Positions 1 to 13,800 of a DNA stretch of 64,000 bases are shown piece by piece. Source of the DNA: Trichinella spiralis (lineage: Eukaryota); assembly GCF_000181795.1 (NCBI RefSeq), contig NW_003526943.1:6214405-6278404 (forward strand), read 5' to 3'. The first letter of the stretch is position 1, and the number at the start of each line of letters is the position of its first letter. Below the pieces are notes generated by a model, which did no database searches, had not been told where the DNA came from, and saw only the letters and a list, made by a program, of their open reading frames with translations. The position numbers and the translations under genes were made by a program.

Positions 1-307
1 TTCTATTTTTCAACATCTACAGTAAAAACGGCTCAACCAAATGCTGAAGCCGACTTAGTGTAACAGTCCTCACCAGTCGGTGACGTTCGTTTTGTTCCAG
101 ATCCGGTTGAAGAAGAGGCGGAACAGCGGACTTCGTTTCCTTCTCACGGCACCACCGATGCATTTATATTACAGTAGAAAACAAGTTTGCACTTGATTAA
201 TAAAATGGGCTCGTTGCATCAGAATAAACAACTGCAATAATGATCGCTTTTGTTCCGCCAATTCATGCGAAACCTCTGATGGTCAGGAAGTGGATTGTAG
301 GTATGGA

Positions 308-553
308 TGTTAGCGGCAACAAGTTATGGCGAGTGCCTACTAGACACAGACGGCATGCATGAGCTCGATTCCCATCAATGCTTCATCACTTGGCTCTTTT
401 CATTTGGCTCACTTGGCTTCGGACACAGTTCGACATCAGCAGTCTTTATTACTCTTGCTCATCGCTTCACTTAAATTTACTGCTCTGAAGATGACGAGAT
501 ACCGGGTTTATATAGCAGGCGGAGGCCGGCCTCGGAGGGAGGTCGCTGAAACA
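308..553 (-). mobile_element. Possible solo LTR / LTR fragment
   Basis: GC-richer island that on the minus strand begins TGT, contains TATATAAA followed by AATAAA, and ends ACA. Terminal inverted repeats are imperfect (TGTTAGCG ... CGCTGAAACA). No target-site duplication found. Confidence 0.3.
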
Positions 554-845
554 GGCCGCCGAGCTGACCTAGATATTGCTAGCCGAGGCATTAATGTATT
601 GCCCAAGTGGTGCCGCTTCGGGCGCAACGTGACCCCCTGTGAATTGAGTGGAACAAATGATGCAGCTATCACTCCTAATTTTACTCTTGGATGTATTTTT
701 ATTATTAAAAATGTTTTAATTAATAATTGTGCTGATTTGATCATCAAATTATACAAAAACCTGCTTCTCTATAAATTACAAAAATACAAACTTGATTGTC
801 ATTTATACTGTACTATGTATACGGAATTGTTTCAAGTTATCAAAA

Positions 846-1649
846 ATGGATGAAGCAGCGAGAGAAAAATTGTTGAAGATGGATGCTGAAAAGAAAGAAA
901 AGTGCATGGAACTTCAAAGATTGAACTCCGAGTTGCAATCAGTAAAGAACGACTGCTGGTTTTGGTTATTTTTTTATGTATATTATTTTATAGAGAGGCT
1001 TCAATCTTGGAGATTCATATGTTGATGAAAATGACTATCCACGCAGTGATATTGACATTCCTGTTGTTCTCAACATTGCTCGTCGCATACGATGTATTGT
1101 AGTTTTGTTTGTTTTTTTTGTTTTATTTTTATGTTAATTAATTTTGTTTAGGCCTTCAAACGGAACTTACGGATCTGAACGAAAAGATATGTGAAGGTTT
1201 GAATGACATACATAGTAAATATATTGCCCGTTGCAACAATGAAATGAGCGCATTCGCAGTTGTTGATGAAGTATTGCCAAATTCCACTGGTGAAGTGATG
1301 GTCAGTTGACAATGTTTTCTTTAAAAAAATTTTTTTTTCAATTATTTTAATTTAGGGTTTGAAAAAGCATGACAAACTGTTTCGCATTGGTGAATTTAAA
1401 GTTGAAGATTTTGAAAGTTGTGATAGCATTGTCGAACTTTTGGAAAATGCGGTAAGCATGTGCAGTAAACAAGAAAATTGAAAGCCGACTTTTTCTGCTT
1501 TCCAGCATAATATGAAAATTGTACTTGAACGAGATGGACAACTACTGGATATATATTTCAATGGAAATGGTGCTGAAGTTGACAATGGTTTGGGACTGAC
1601 GTTACAACTGGTGAAATGCAGTCCAGTAATAACTATGGAAAGTCCATAA
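846..1649 (+). CDS. PSMD9: 26S proteasome assembly chaperone PSMD9/Nas2 (p27), 5 exons
   Basis: Joining GT-AG exons by hand gives MDEAAREKLLKMDAEKKEK...RGFNLGDSYVDENDYPRSDIDIPVVLNIARRIRCLQTEL. This matches the Nas2 N-terminal motif (VD-x-EGYPRxDID-like). A PDZ-like part follows (FAVVDEVLPNSTGEVMGLKKHDKLFRIGE). Stop TAA at 1647-1649. Confidence 0.8.
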
Positions 1650-2599
1650 CTGGCAGTATTTTTGTTACTGAAGTGTCAAAGCAGTAAAATTATATTATTT
1701 GAAATTATAAAATAAATTTTTCTCAAGAAAGCATGTGTTTTCGATATGACTGGCAGCTAAGTCTGCAATTCTCTCGTTAAAATAATTATGTACTTTTTTC
1801 TCACCTTTGCATATTTCAGTTATAAATTTGTAGATCTCGCGTCGTGCAAAATGTCATATAGTTTAATAGGAAAAGATGAATTTTCGGTATGTGTATTGCG
1901 TTGTGAGGGAAGTGATTATGAGCACTTAAATCAGCAAAATTTCACAAACAAAAGTGAACAGAACACACATCCGTATGCATTGTTGGTCAGAGAAAGTTTC
2001 CGTTCACTAGCGCAGATGGTTCGCGTGATTTTTCGGGCAAAGGTACCTTGTCGAGAATATTATCCGCTTCTTTGTCAGCGGTTGTGGAATTATCATCAAC
2101 GGTCGAAAGTGATTGTTGTTCAATATGGTTTTGGCTTTCAATTTCAAAATTTTGCTGCTGCTGGTGCTGCTTTGCGTTGAAATTCAAACGTTGCAGTTTC
2201 TCTTTAAGCCAATTGATCGTCTCAATTTGTACTTCAATTTGCCATTTCAAATGTGTGTTGTACAAATTGATCGCATCCAACTAATTTCGTTGTTGCTGAT
2301 TTCGCACAACCACCGCCTGCAAAAATGGCAACACCTTTTGCCTGAGCGATTCGGACTATTTTATTGGGCCGTCAAGTCGTTGTCTTATTGGTTTTTATTG
2401 TCTAATTGCTCATTGATTCAATCTTTCCTTTTGGATTACTGTAATATTTTTTTTATATCATNNNNNNNNNNTTTCTTAGCATCTAATTTAGCACATTTGT
2501 CACGTCCAAGTTGGTGGATATTGCACCATTGCAGCATTACATATTCTACACCAAAACAAACTAATCGTTAGTAACAAGTAGCATATGCAGTGCATTCAG

Positions 2600-4340
2600 C
2601 ACATACTTCCCAACACGGAGGGTCAAAGACGATTAGAATTTCGATCGCGTTTTCCAATTGGTTCTTGGAAATGGTTTTCGCATTGGATGATAATGCCGTA
2701 GGTTCTCATTGCATAACTGTGGCGCTATGAGAATGGTTCTCTTGAACTTTTGATGGGCTCAAATTATTCCGTTTTGATTAGCTGCAATATTTATTTCATT
2801 GGTACAAATGTTTTGAATACGTAACAATTGATTACGTAACATTTATTTAATATTTGTTTGATTTGATAGTATATTTGATGTCACGTTTGTCAAATGCAGT
2901 TGTTTTTACATTCATGTATTTTAATGACAGCTTTTAGTAATCAATGTAATACAATTAGTTATTAAAAAATTGAAACTTAAAAGTTTTCTATTTCATTATA
3001 GTAACTAAATGAAGTTTAATGAAATGAAATAGCAGTAGGTCAAATACATCAAAATAATTTTTATTTTTCAACACTGAACAACTATATTGACAGTAAATAA
3101 GAGAATGACATAGTAAATAATAGATAACAACAATAAGTAAAATAAACAAGTGATCAATAATAGCAAATAGAAACAATGAAAAATGAGAAAAACAATCAAT
3201 AATACAAAACCACTTGGAAGGCGGCATTAAATCAGCTCCGGCGTTATGTACATTAATGCTTCAAGCAACTGCTCCAGGGTATGACTACCGTTGGTATATT
3301 CACAGGTATATTGTGCAACTCGTTGTTGCTTTTCAGCATAAACCTTGTTTACCCGTCTTAAGTCACCAACGGTAGCGTTTCCTGATAGCACTTGTTGAAT
3401 CAGGGTGTCCATCACACCCTGTTCCCCTATCAGGAGCTGGAGTAGTTCATGTAACCCGTTATGACCTTTACCCGCTTTTCTGTTGAGCTGATTATGCCAA
3501 CCTTCCAAGTGGTTATTTGTCCTAATATTTACATTATGGACATTCCAAAGCGGCAGTCTTTCATCGGTCATCCACTCCTGCCGAAAATATTGAAATAAAG
3601 CGGCTAATGTACCCGTAGTGCCTGTTTCAAGCAGTCTAACAGCGGTATCAACTTGCGGTATAGGAGGAAAGCGGTGACCAGGAACATTTTTATCTTTTTT
3701 CTTGATTCTTCTTCTGTTCTATATCGTGTTTTCAGTCAACTCACTGACTTTTTTGTTCCGCCTGGCAGAAGTGGAAGTAGCAGCCCTGTACCCGCGTATT
3801 CGGGAAGTAACCCCGAATTGCAGGTATCAGGGCTGTTTCAAAATCACAGATAATGGTATGTGGATTAAGGTCGACCTCCAGAACTGCCGCTTTGTCTATT
3901 AAAGCTTGAAAAATATACCCGTACGTTCCAATATCTTTACCCGTACATAAACAATAGACTGCTGGCACCAGCTTACCCGCCACAAAGGCATGGATGGTAA
4001 ACAGTTGTTCATACCAGTATAATACAACCTTGAATGTGCCATCCATGCCCCAGGTTTTCACGGCTGCCAGTAGTCTAATGATATCGGCCATCGAAAAGAT
4101 CAGGATATGCTTTGACGCACACTGCCACAATAAAAAATTTTCACCGGCCTTCGTTGTTCTGAAGGGGACAGGGATTTGCAGGTCCCAACGATGTTCAGGC
4201 AGTTTTAGGCAGCGCTTTGACCGGTGGCTGTACATCAGACTTTACCCGTTTAGCAGCCAGAAAATAGTCAGATGATGGCTCAGCGGACGCGGCGAAAGCT
4301 TCTTCATCGTAAATGGCGGGGGTTTCGTTTCTTTCGAGCT
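2600..4340 (-). mobile_element. Decayed Mutator-like (MULE) DNA transposon, copy 1
   Basis: Contains the transposase remnant below plus a subterminal segment rich in ATTGG/CCAAT motifs (~2640-2810). The right side ends at the N-gap at 4341. Boundaries are approximate. Confidence 0.75.
3227..4235 (-). pseudogene. MULE transposase pseudogene (frameshifted)
   Basis: MULE catalytic motifs are present: WGMDGTFK, QLFTIH, IICDFETALIPAI, VQGCYFHFCQA and RTNNHLEGWH. The frame breaks after HFCQA (~3750) and again near 3660. Confidence 0.88.
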
Positions 4341-4599
4341 NNNNNNNNNNAACCTGTTTTCCCCCTACACTTCCTATTCTCCAAAAACCTGACCATGACG
4401 TTTGCAGATGCCGGGTTGTCGCGTTTCATCAGTGCTCTGTTTTCTGTTAAAGGTCACTTTTTGTATGAGCTATGTATAAAATATTTAAATATATTTTTGA
4501 ATTTTGAAAAGCATAAAATATTAACCAAAAAACATTCTGAATTTTCAGTACAGTGCAATTATTTTTCAACTTTTGCCGGCAGGGTGAAATTTTCCCTGA

Positions 4600-5519
4600 C
4601 TGCAGTGTTCACGTCTTGGTTTGAAATTTTCATTCCTTCATTCGTTCATTGATCGAAAGTTGTTTTACATTATGATTGGAGTTTATTGGCCTCCAAGAAT
4701 CGGGATTCCATTAGTTGATAATTTCTAATATTTCATTTGCTGATAATTTCTAATTGTGAATGGCTGCAACATTTTACGTTTCATTGGTGAAAATATATTC
4801 ATTGCAACTTTCATAATTTCTTAAGTGTAATTTTTAGCATTTTCAAATTTTAATTGAAATTAATGATATTTTGCTAATAATGGTCTAAATTGGGCTAAAT
4901 TTTTACCGTGCTTTCCTACTGGTCGTTGAAAGCGCTGTTTTATTAGACGTTTGTACCGTTGTCTAATTGGTTCTTTTCTTTAATGGTTGATTGGTTTAAA
5001 GTTTTTCATTGCGATTAGCTGTAATATTTTTCGTTTAATTGGTCCAAATATTTCCCTACAATTTTCATAACTTCAGTAATGAAACTTCTTTGGTTTTCAA
5101 ATTATTTAAGTTACCTTCAGCACAGTTCATGAAATATGTAAAGTATATGTAAAATATATAAAATATAATAAAATATAATAATTTACTTTGAGTGTTATAC
5201 TTTTTAATAATATTTTCAAAAATAATTCCTTTTATTATTCTACATTTTATTGTATCACGAAAAAGTTATATCGAATAATTCATCAAAAACAGCAGAAAAA
5301 TAAAAACTGCAATATTTATTTTTCATTATTTAACAACAACAATTATCACAGCAATAAGCGACACATATCAGTGAGCAAAGTAAAAACAATGAAAAATGAC
5401 AAAGGAGACAATACATTACAAATATAATACAAAACCACTACTTGGAAGGCGGCATTAAATTAGTTCTGGATCTATATATGTATTATAGCTTCTAGAAACT
5501 GCTCCAAAGTGCACCTACT
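4600..5519 (-). mobile_element. Second MULE copy (3' end of transposase plus subterminal region), cut by an assembly gap
   Basis: 5427-5519 (aatacaaaaccactacttggaaggcggcattaaattagttctgg...) is a diverged direct copy of 3201-3290. ~4960-5050 resembles ~2650-2810 (e.g. gattagctgYaatattt...ttggtMcaaat). Left boundary is approximate. Confidence 0.7.
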
Positions 5520-7488
5520 NNNNNNNNNNGTGTCCTACATGATAAGGTACAAGCGTTGCTGCTTAATTATCGATTAGGTTTGTTCCATCACCGGAGCTGG
5601 ATTTTCTATTTTTTCCTTACTGAATTTCTGGTATTTATTCTATTTTAATATAACATATTTAGAAACACTTTTTTTTTGCGACTGACGAAACTTAAAACGA
5701 ACTATGCTGTATGGAATAATGCTTTTTTTCATTTTTTATGTTACGTTTTTAATATTACTCTTTTCCGGTCCTAAATTCTGTACATGAAAAACTGTTACAT
5801 GTATTCCCTGGGGAAAGATTTGAACCCTTGATCTGATACACAAGGATTACTGTGATGAAAAAGACTTTACGGTCTAATAAAATAGCGAGATTACGGACTA
5901 ATAAAATAGCAAGGACAACGACCAATAAATGAACAGTGGGACCGAATGGGAATAAAATTGAGCCCAACTGGGACCATCCCATGAACTTCGCATCTCGATT
6001 GTGCACTCGAACAATTTCGATTCATATAATTGAACAATATCAATTTGATAGATTTCTTTAATTGGAAAATTTAATTGCAATTTATTTTTAGACTGCTTTC
6101 CAGCCAATTTACTATAGAACTGGATTGAATAACTTTTGATTGATTCAAAATTCAAGGTTACGATGATAAGCGTGATTTTTACAAAACACAGTATACCGTC
6201 GTGAACGAGCAGAATAGCAAAATTAATATTTCAAATTAAAAAAAAACCTTATTAACAACGAAAAACAACAATAATAGACTATAATTCACCATAATAGCAT
6301 ACATTTTCAAATTTGAAATCCCTTTCTTCAATTTGAATACTGTTGAACAAGATTATGCAATTTAGTGCATTTAAGATATACATATTTTGGTTATTCATTT
6401 AATAAATTACTGATACATTAAACTTAAATTTCAACGAAAATGATCAACACAACGTGCTTCTTTAATCGACAACTGACAAATTAGAAATTGCTGTTCACCT
6501 AAATTGATTTCTTTATGTGATTAATCTTCAAAAAATTATTGCAGAATTGAAAATATGAAACAAATGAAAAATTTGCGAACAGTACAACTTACTTTTTCAA
6601 CTAGCGGCAGATTTGGTAAAGATTTTATACCAAACGCCCGATTGCGCTTGTATTCAACAGGCATGCAGGTTCCAGTTTTTGCAGAAGACAGATTTTGATG
6701 GGTCCATTTTTTGGGTCAGAGATATCTGAGCAAGATGGCAAAAAGAGCCATTTATAAGACATCAAATAAATTAAGGTTAAACGCATGCATTCATTCGTTC
6801 ATACGTTCATTCATTGCACCCACTTGTTGAAGTTTGCAACTGAAATTATTTGCTATCATTTGAATAACCAGTACAATGAACGAAAAATTAACAAATAAGA
6901 ACTATTTAATTTACTATAACATTTTGCTACTTTTCGCAACATCACTATATGCAAATTATAGATATATCATATTTACACCGATTCAATAAAATTGTTTTAC
7001 GATTTTTACTGTAAGTAATATGGCGAAAATTTTTCAAATATGCCTTATAAATATCAATATGTAATAATTATCCATTCAAAATTTTTCTCATTTGCATAAA
7101 ATTCTACTCATTTTCTGAGTAGAATAATCATGAATGAAGGTCAACAATTGACCGTTCCCTTTTAAAAATGAATTTACATTTGCAATTCTATATATTCTAT
7201 ACATATAACGTCGATTTGAAAAAAGACCAAAAAAACCAACCCAATCAACCATACATACATAGATATATATATATTAAACAATTTTATTACAGAAACATAG
7301 CAATAACATGGCGATGTAAATGTTTCGTATGCATATATAGAGAAAATTTTCAATAACGATGTTGTACAACTGCACTGAAAAACAAGCAGTCAGTTGAACG
7401 CTGTTGAGGTGTGACGGTTGCTTCATCAGGAAGGAATAACAAATGCATTATTATGCAGGTAGATTTACATAAATGTAAAGCGACAAAT

Positions 7489-10400
7489 TCAAACGCAAAA
7501 TTTCGCTTCCGGCGGAGCGTTATCATTACCGTTGGACTTTCGAATAGCACTTGAATCGACGGTACTGCGTGGTTGCTTGCTTTTCACCAATGCAGAATCG
7601 TCCATATTCGCGTGGCGTTTGTGATTTTTAGCGTCGCGTGAATTGCCGGCGACGCTATTCACAGCACCAAGCATGCCATCACCGTCCTGTGGATGCTGGG
7701 GCAATGGCTGCTGGTGTTGTTGGATCTGCTGCCATGGTTGTTTCTGATGATCAGCAGTGTCCTCCTTCACGGTGCTTGTGCTCGTATAGGATGGTTTAAT
7801 TTCAGCTGCACCGGAAGACTGCTGATCTTTGGCAGCGTTCGTCAAATATGGAATAAAGCTCTTCCGCTGAGCTTTCGATTCTGCATTGTCCAACCCAGAG
7901 GTTGGATTCGCTTCACGTTCACGCTCCCGCCTTTCCTTGTACAATTTCAAGTCGATAACGCTGTGTGGCTGGGAAGCGTGGTGGCTACTTTTGCTTTCCA
8001 AATTTGTCGTAGCCCCATCGTCGTCGTTGTTCGTCACCGGATCAGCGAGGTGATTCGCATCACCTCTCCCAACCTGCTCTTCCTGCTGCTCACTCTGCAA
8101 TACAGGCTGGTTATGACACGGCCCGGCGGTAGTTGACACGTGCCCGGATGAGATGCTGGCGCTCAAATTCACATTTTCCGCTTCCACGGACCTTTGAGCA
8201 AATTCCGTGGAATTGGCCATTCCGGGTGTTTCTGAGCCAGCTTCACCACCCTGCACCGCAACTACCTGACCTTCACGACGAACAAACCGACGAAGCCGGT
8301 ATTTGTCAGGTAGCCTCTCACGAATACCGGCAAATTCATGTGCAAGCTCTGCAAAATCCAAATCGTGCAGGAAAAGTTTTAACTTCAATTCCTTTCATAT
8401 ATACCTTGTAAAGTGTCCATCGTTATATTTGGATCCACATACTCGTACCACGGCTTGCCTTCTTTCGATGGAGGAATCTGAAATACAAAAGATGAATTGT
8501 AATTTTAACCTTCGTAAAAACTTGAATCACTACCGTTGATATGAATATTACATGTGTATAATTTGAAATTTAGAAATAAATGACTACGCATGCGTTCAAC
8601 TTTGATATTTATACTTTTAATTATTCAATTAATCAAATTTCTCAACCCATCTATTTATGCAAATGCACTATTCACAATGCTACAGCACCCAACAGTTGGG
8701 GCAAAAATAGAAAAGAACCAATAACATTCTCATTCTCTCAATGAACTCTTCTCTCTCAACCAAGACCATAACTTCTTACCAATTTCTTCAACAATTTTTA
8801 TACAATAACATATGTTGACAACGAATATTCTACTTACGTTTCCATTTACATTTATTGAACTCCATTTTGATAATGATGGAGCAGAAAGTTGTCATTTTTA
8901 ACCAAACAATCAGTGCTCGAAGTTTGATGCTGATTAAAAAATCTGAATCCCGCAGAACAGAACAGAACAGAACTGAACTGAATTCTCATATTTAAGTGGC
9001 ATCTACTTCGAGACTGACCAGACAGGTAACATATTAACAGCAACTAGCAGAGGTAAAGAAAACGACACTACCTCCCATTTTGCCCAGCTGCACGCCAAAT
9101 GTATACAGATGCAAGCAACCACAGCAGGGCGATAACGTAGGCAAAAGGTCGACCAGTGTAAGCTAAAATATAATAAAAAACAATAAAAATTATGTAAATT
9201 AGAACTCTACAATGAATAATGCAATAAAGCACCAACCTGTCAGTAGCAAAAAAATAAGCACTGTGTGCTAAATCTTTGGGAGCTTTGATCAACTGACAAC
9301 ATCGTACTACATGCGCGTGAGGGTGAACCACATTTATATCAAACCCTAAAAGCGACGAAAGCTCGTTAAATTGCAAAAAACCATAAAATTTATACTACCT
9401 AACGTTTGCAGAAGAATATTCTCAAAAGTGATAATTTTTTGAGCCTCTTCTGCATATCTCTGAAAAACAAAATTATCAAAAATTTATAAGAAGCAAAAGA
9501 AACAAATAAACATACAGGTGAATTGGTCTCTAATGAAGGAGCATCACGATATTGCAAGGCATATGATACCTTTACCACATATTCTAGTTTTCGGGGACAT
9601 TCCTCAACTTTTGCAGACAAGAAAAGCGCAGCAGCAGCAACATCCTGTAAAACAAGATACAATAAATGTTCAAAAATAATCTCAGAGTTCATTCAAACAA
9701 AATTTATTCATCTGAAACTTTGCTGTTACACTTACAAATCTTGGGAACCGTTGAAATGAATGAAACACGTAAAAGCGATGCATATAAACAATAGCCGTAT
9801 TCAAAGACAACTGACTCCTAAAAACACAATACAATACATTTTACAAACACAGGCCAAATAGACTGTAACCTCAAATATATGAAATTATGTAAATTGTTTC
9901 ACATTACAGCTATTTATACATATTTATTTTATAAAATAAAAATAAAAAGTAAAAACGGTAGCATCAATGTGTGATAATAAACCACTCTTTTAGATGTTAA
10001 TAAAATGACGCTATTACAATGTTAAATAATCAGAAAAGCAGTAATTATAAATGTGCATACATATGTAAACGCAAACACGGAAAAGAGCAATTTCAAAAAC
10101 CTGACTGAATAAACAGTTGCAAATTTTAAAAAATTAAATTAAAACACTTTCAAGCAATTCGATAATAAACTAATTCTCTGAAAATATACTTAAAATTCAA
10201 AAATTAATTATCATACTAATATCACAATTGCGTTACATATCACAATGCGATATATCACAATTAAATTTATCATTTAATAAAAATTGGTTTTAAAGAATAA
10301 AGTAACTTACAAGCCCTATCAATTACATGTAACAGTGATAAAAAAGTCAGTATAGGAAACTGAAAAGATACGATATATTTCATTTTAATGCAATGAAATT

Positions 10401-10814
10401 AACTGTAGTTAACATGTAAAACGTGCAATTTACAGGACTGAAAATGTTAACTGCCATCAAAAACTATTTTAAGCAATGCTTCGAAAAAGACATGCGTAAA
10501 ACTATTCCATTAACACACAATGTTTGCAAACTGCAGCATAAATTACTAAAAAAAATTACACATCACACCCTAAAAACTGTTCTGAAATTACTGAGATGAA
10601 GAAACACGAGCCAATGTTAAGCGTAAACAACAACAAAAACGTGAACTTACAAGCTTAATTTGGAACCCATTTCAGCAATATGATTAGCAGCTTGCTGCCG
10701 ATATGCTAGCTCCTTCGCTTGATCATAACCCGCAAGAATACTAGGACATTTCGCAAGTCTCTCATCGGAAAACAGCCACCGGGAACTTTCTTGCGATTGT
10801 CCAAGAGATTCCAT
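7489..10814 (-). CDS. CCNT: Cyclin T (P-TEFb cyclin subunit), ~8 exons
   Basis: The spliced product reads [16 protein letters not shown]...[35 protein letters not shown]...[22 protein letters not shown]...[18 protein letters not shown]...[32 protein letters not shown]...ELAHEF. These are classic cyclin T boxes followed by a low-complexity tail. Confidence 0.95.
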
Positions 10815-13800
10815 GCCGTCTCACCCACTACAGCAATGCAGAAATTGAGCAACCGAACGCTGTTGAAACCAACGTACAGTATGAAAACAACTAACTGAAA
10901 GTCAGGTATATATATACTAAAGAAGACAATAGCGTTATAAAGAAAATAATTACAGGTGGATAATTAAATATACAATTACAAAATTAATCCAAAAATAATT
11001 ATGTTTAAAAATAATTATATACAATTATAGATAAAGCATTTTTTTCAATGAATAAAAACAGCACAACAAATGGCGCCAGTCTTTTGTCATGCATAACCTT
11101 TCATTGCATAAAGAAGACAAAGAATTTATCAAAACAAGTAAAAAGCAAAAAACAGAATAAAATCTTTCTCTTCTGTTAATGCTCAATTAAGTCACACCTT
11201 CACTGAGTAAACAAGGAAAACAATGAAATTAGCAAACAACAACGTGAATATACGTGACCTATAATCAAGTTATTAAGAAGGAAATGAGTCAGTCTAGGCA
11301 AGATGCTATTATTTATCACTCTTTTATTCTTTACCACGCTATCTAAAATTATTCTCCAATGTTATGTCCTACTACCATATTGGTCAGATTAGCTTACTTA
11401 TGCTGACCTGCATTAAGCATGGAAAAGATCCGTATCTGACAATAGATCAAACCGTCAAACCGATTAGGTCATAAGATGACCGCATTTATTTCTTTGTTTA
11501 AATAACAATAACAGCCTACTGTAAAAAATATTTCTTGTAAAATATTAATCAGCAAAAGAACAAGTATTAAATTGGTTACCAACAATACCACTATGCTTTT
11601 GCTTTTTGCAAGAAATTTAAACTTTGGCAAGTTAATAATTTTCAAATTGCAAATAAATTGTATTCCATTTTCTCCAAATGCTGTGCCATTTTTGCCTTTT
11701 CTAAAGGAAATATTGATATAAAATGCACTAAATATTATGTTTTATTCAAAAAATAGATTGCAAGTATTTATGAATTCATATTTTTTAATAAGAAAAATCA
11801 TAATTATTTTACGCAGATATTGCCAAATATTCGTTCAGCAATTAACATTTGCATTTGTATTTGCATGTTGATGCATGCATGCATTAAGAAATAAGAACAG
11901 TATTAATAGCCCGCTGAGAAAATGTTAGAGATGACGAATGATAGGTCAAAAGTTTAACATTCATGTAATAAATGCAAAACAAACGCGGGAAGTAATTAAA
12001 TAAATGTATACTGTACTTTTCATAAATATTTTTATGATATACAAGAATAGTTAAACAAAGTTTAGTACTTGGAACAGATACATTTCCACACTGTTCTAAT
12101 ATTTTGAATCATAGAACATTACTCCTTAGTAAAGTAGATTCGAATTTTAAACTGCCATAGTTTGCAATCAGCTGCCTAGTATGCACATAGCAAGCAAAAT
12201 GTTCTTAATTTTTGATGCATCTTCTTACTATTTTGAGCAAAGCAAGCTTCTCAAAGTTGGCACTGTAGTGCTTTATTGTTCAAAAACTGTTTTTGAACAA
12301 TTCTTTTGTCGGTTGTACAGATTCTTAACATTTGTTATAACTGATATTCATATTTAACATCACTGTTTAATTTAATCGTTTGTCATCACAGTGTAGATTA
12401 TAATTTGTGTTTAAATTTAAATGTCCACATTTTTGTAAACTGTAACTCAGTACAAAACCCAATTTGCTTCACTTTTGCAAATTGTGAATGATTTGCCTGA
12501 CCTTTGGATACGTGGAATTCTGCTGCCAAGCGATCTGCTATTTTAATAATTACCCAGTTTTCATCACATATGGGTCGAGTAACTTATGGCTTTTGATTAG
12601 CCATTCAGTTTTGATCGTTGATTGGATAATTGTTTTCCATCAAAGTTTTCCCAAATATGGGACGCTTCACCATTAAATTCCCTTATATGGACATAAATAA
12701 TCACATTTCCCAATTTTTATAACAATTCTTTTGTTTTATAACTGAACTGCATCATTATTGCCTCTATTATCTAAAAAATCTCAAAGCAATGATGAGGAAA
12801 AAAGCGCAAAGAAATTGACGCTAAACAAAGCTGTTTGAAAATCTTTTAAGAGTGAAACTTAAAAATGACTAAGAAGTGGACTGTATGGGTTTTTTGTAGA
12901 TAATTTAAAACCAATTTATGAAGCAGAATTCAATTTTATTCAGTTGGAGCAAAAAAGACAGTGAGCCAGCGGCTAAGGTACAGTAAAGTTCGGTTAGATA
13001 GCTTATATCTCGAATATATCTCTTATTTTTAATTCCATTTTAAATACCATTCTGTAACAACATTTAGTTTTTATTTTTCATTTTATCAACAATTCAAGAT
13101 CAACTTGTGATATTCGGTGGCGCCAACGCCTTTTGTTGACTGAAGATTATTAATCACACACAAATGCTGACATCAAAGAATGCGATGTTCACTGCAGAGT
13201 GAATTTGAAGCAGCTTTTACAGCTTTTCTGCTTGGTGCTGTTCATCGCTTTTTTTCGCTTCCAAAGTGCTTTACTTTTATCCATCCGCGTTCATAAACAC
13301 CGTTCAAAAGAAATGTCAGCCAACAGTTGCTTTCACTCGTCGTATAAATTATCTTCTTAGCTAGCAATTAAATGAGATTTATGCCTAAGGTTGTTTTCTG
13401 TTTGACAGATACTGTTCTGATGAAAGCTAGTTGAAGGCTATTCAAGTACAAAGGGAAAACTTAAAATGGATAAATTATCCACAGCTGCAGTTTTCAGCTA
13501 AAACTGGGAGTGGTGATTACTGAATTTTAGAATCGAAATACTTTTCTGATTTTGCCTGAATGTTCTCTGAAAATATTTCTGTCTTGCAAAAGAATTCAAT
13601 CTTTTCAATCTTTCTTTCCCTCCCGTTCACAAGAATTATTGTTTTTCTTCTTGTTTCATTTAAATAAAAAATAAAATCTGGAATTTAGTTTAAAATAGAA
13701 ATTTGTGGTTATACATTTTGTATAAACTGTATTAAATTTGTTTTTCAATATCTAAAGTAAAACCGACTACTGGGTTGACTAAACATTCAAGTTGCAATTG

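Noticed and set aside
1987..2460. Minus-strand 97-aa Q-rich ORF next to an assembly gap
   Set aside because: No recognisable domain, non-ATG start and upstream stops; probably repeat-associated sequence.
5755..6155. Overlapping minus-strand hydrophobic ORFs with a short direct repeat (ctaataaaatagc x2)
   Set aside because: No family motif or coherent splice model.
11297..11320. AGGCAAGATG matches the 5' end of the miR-31/miR-72 family
   Set aside because: The 3' half diverges and I found no complementary arm to form a pre-miRNA hairpin.
12100..13600. Moderately GC-richer stretches between cyclin T and the TYW1 3' end
   Set aside because: All frames I read are interrupted by stops, and no recognisable protein or RNA motif is present.
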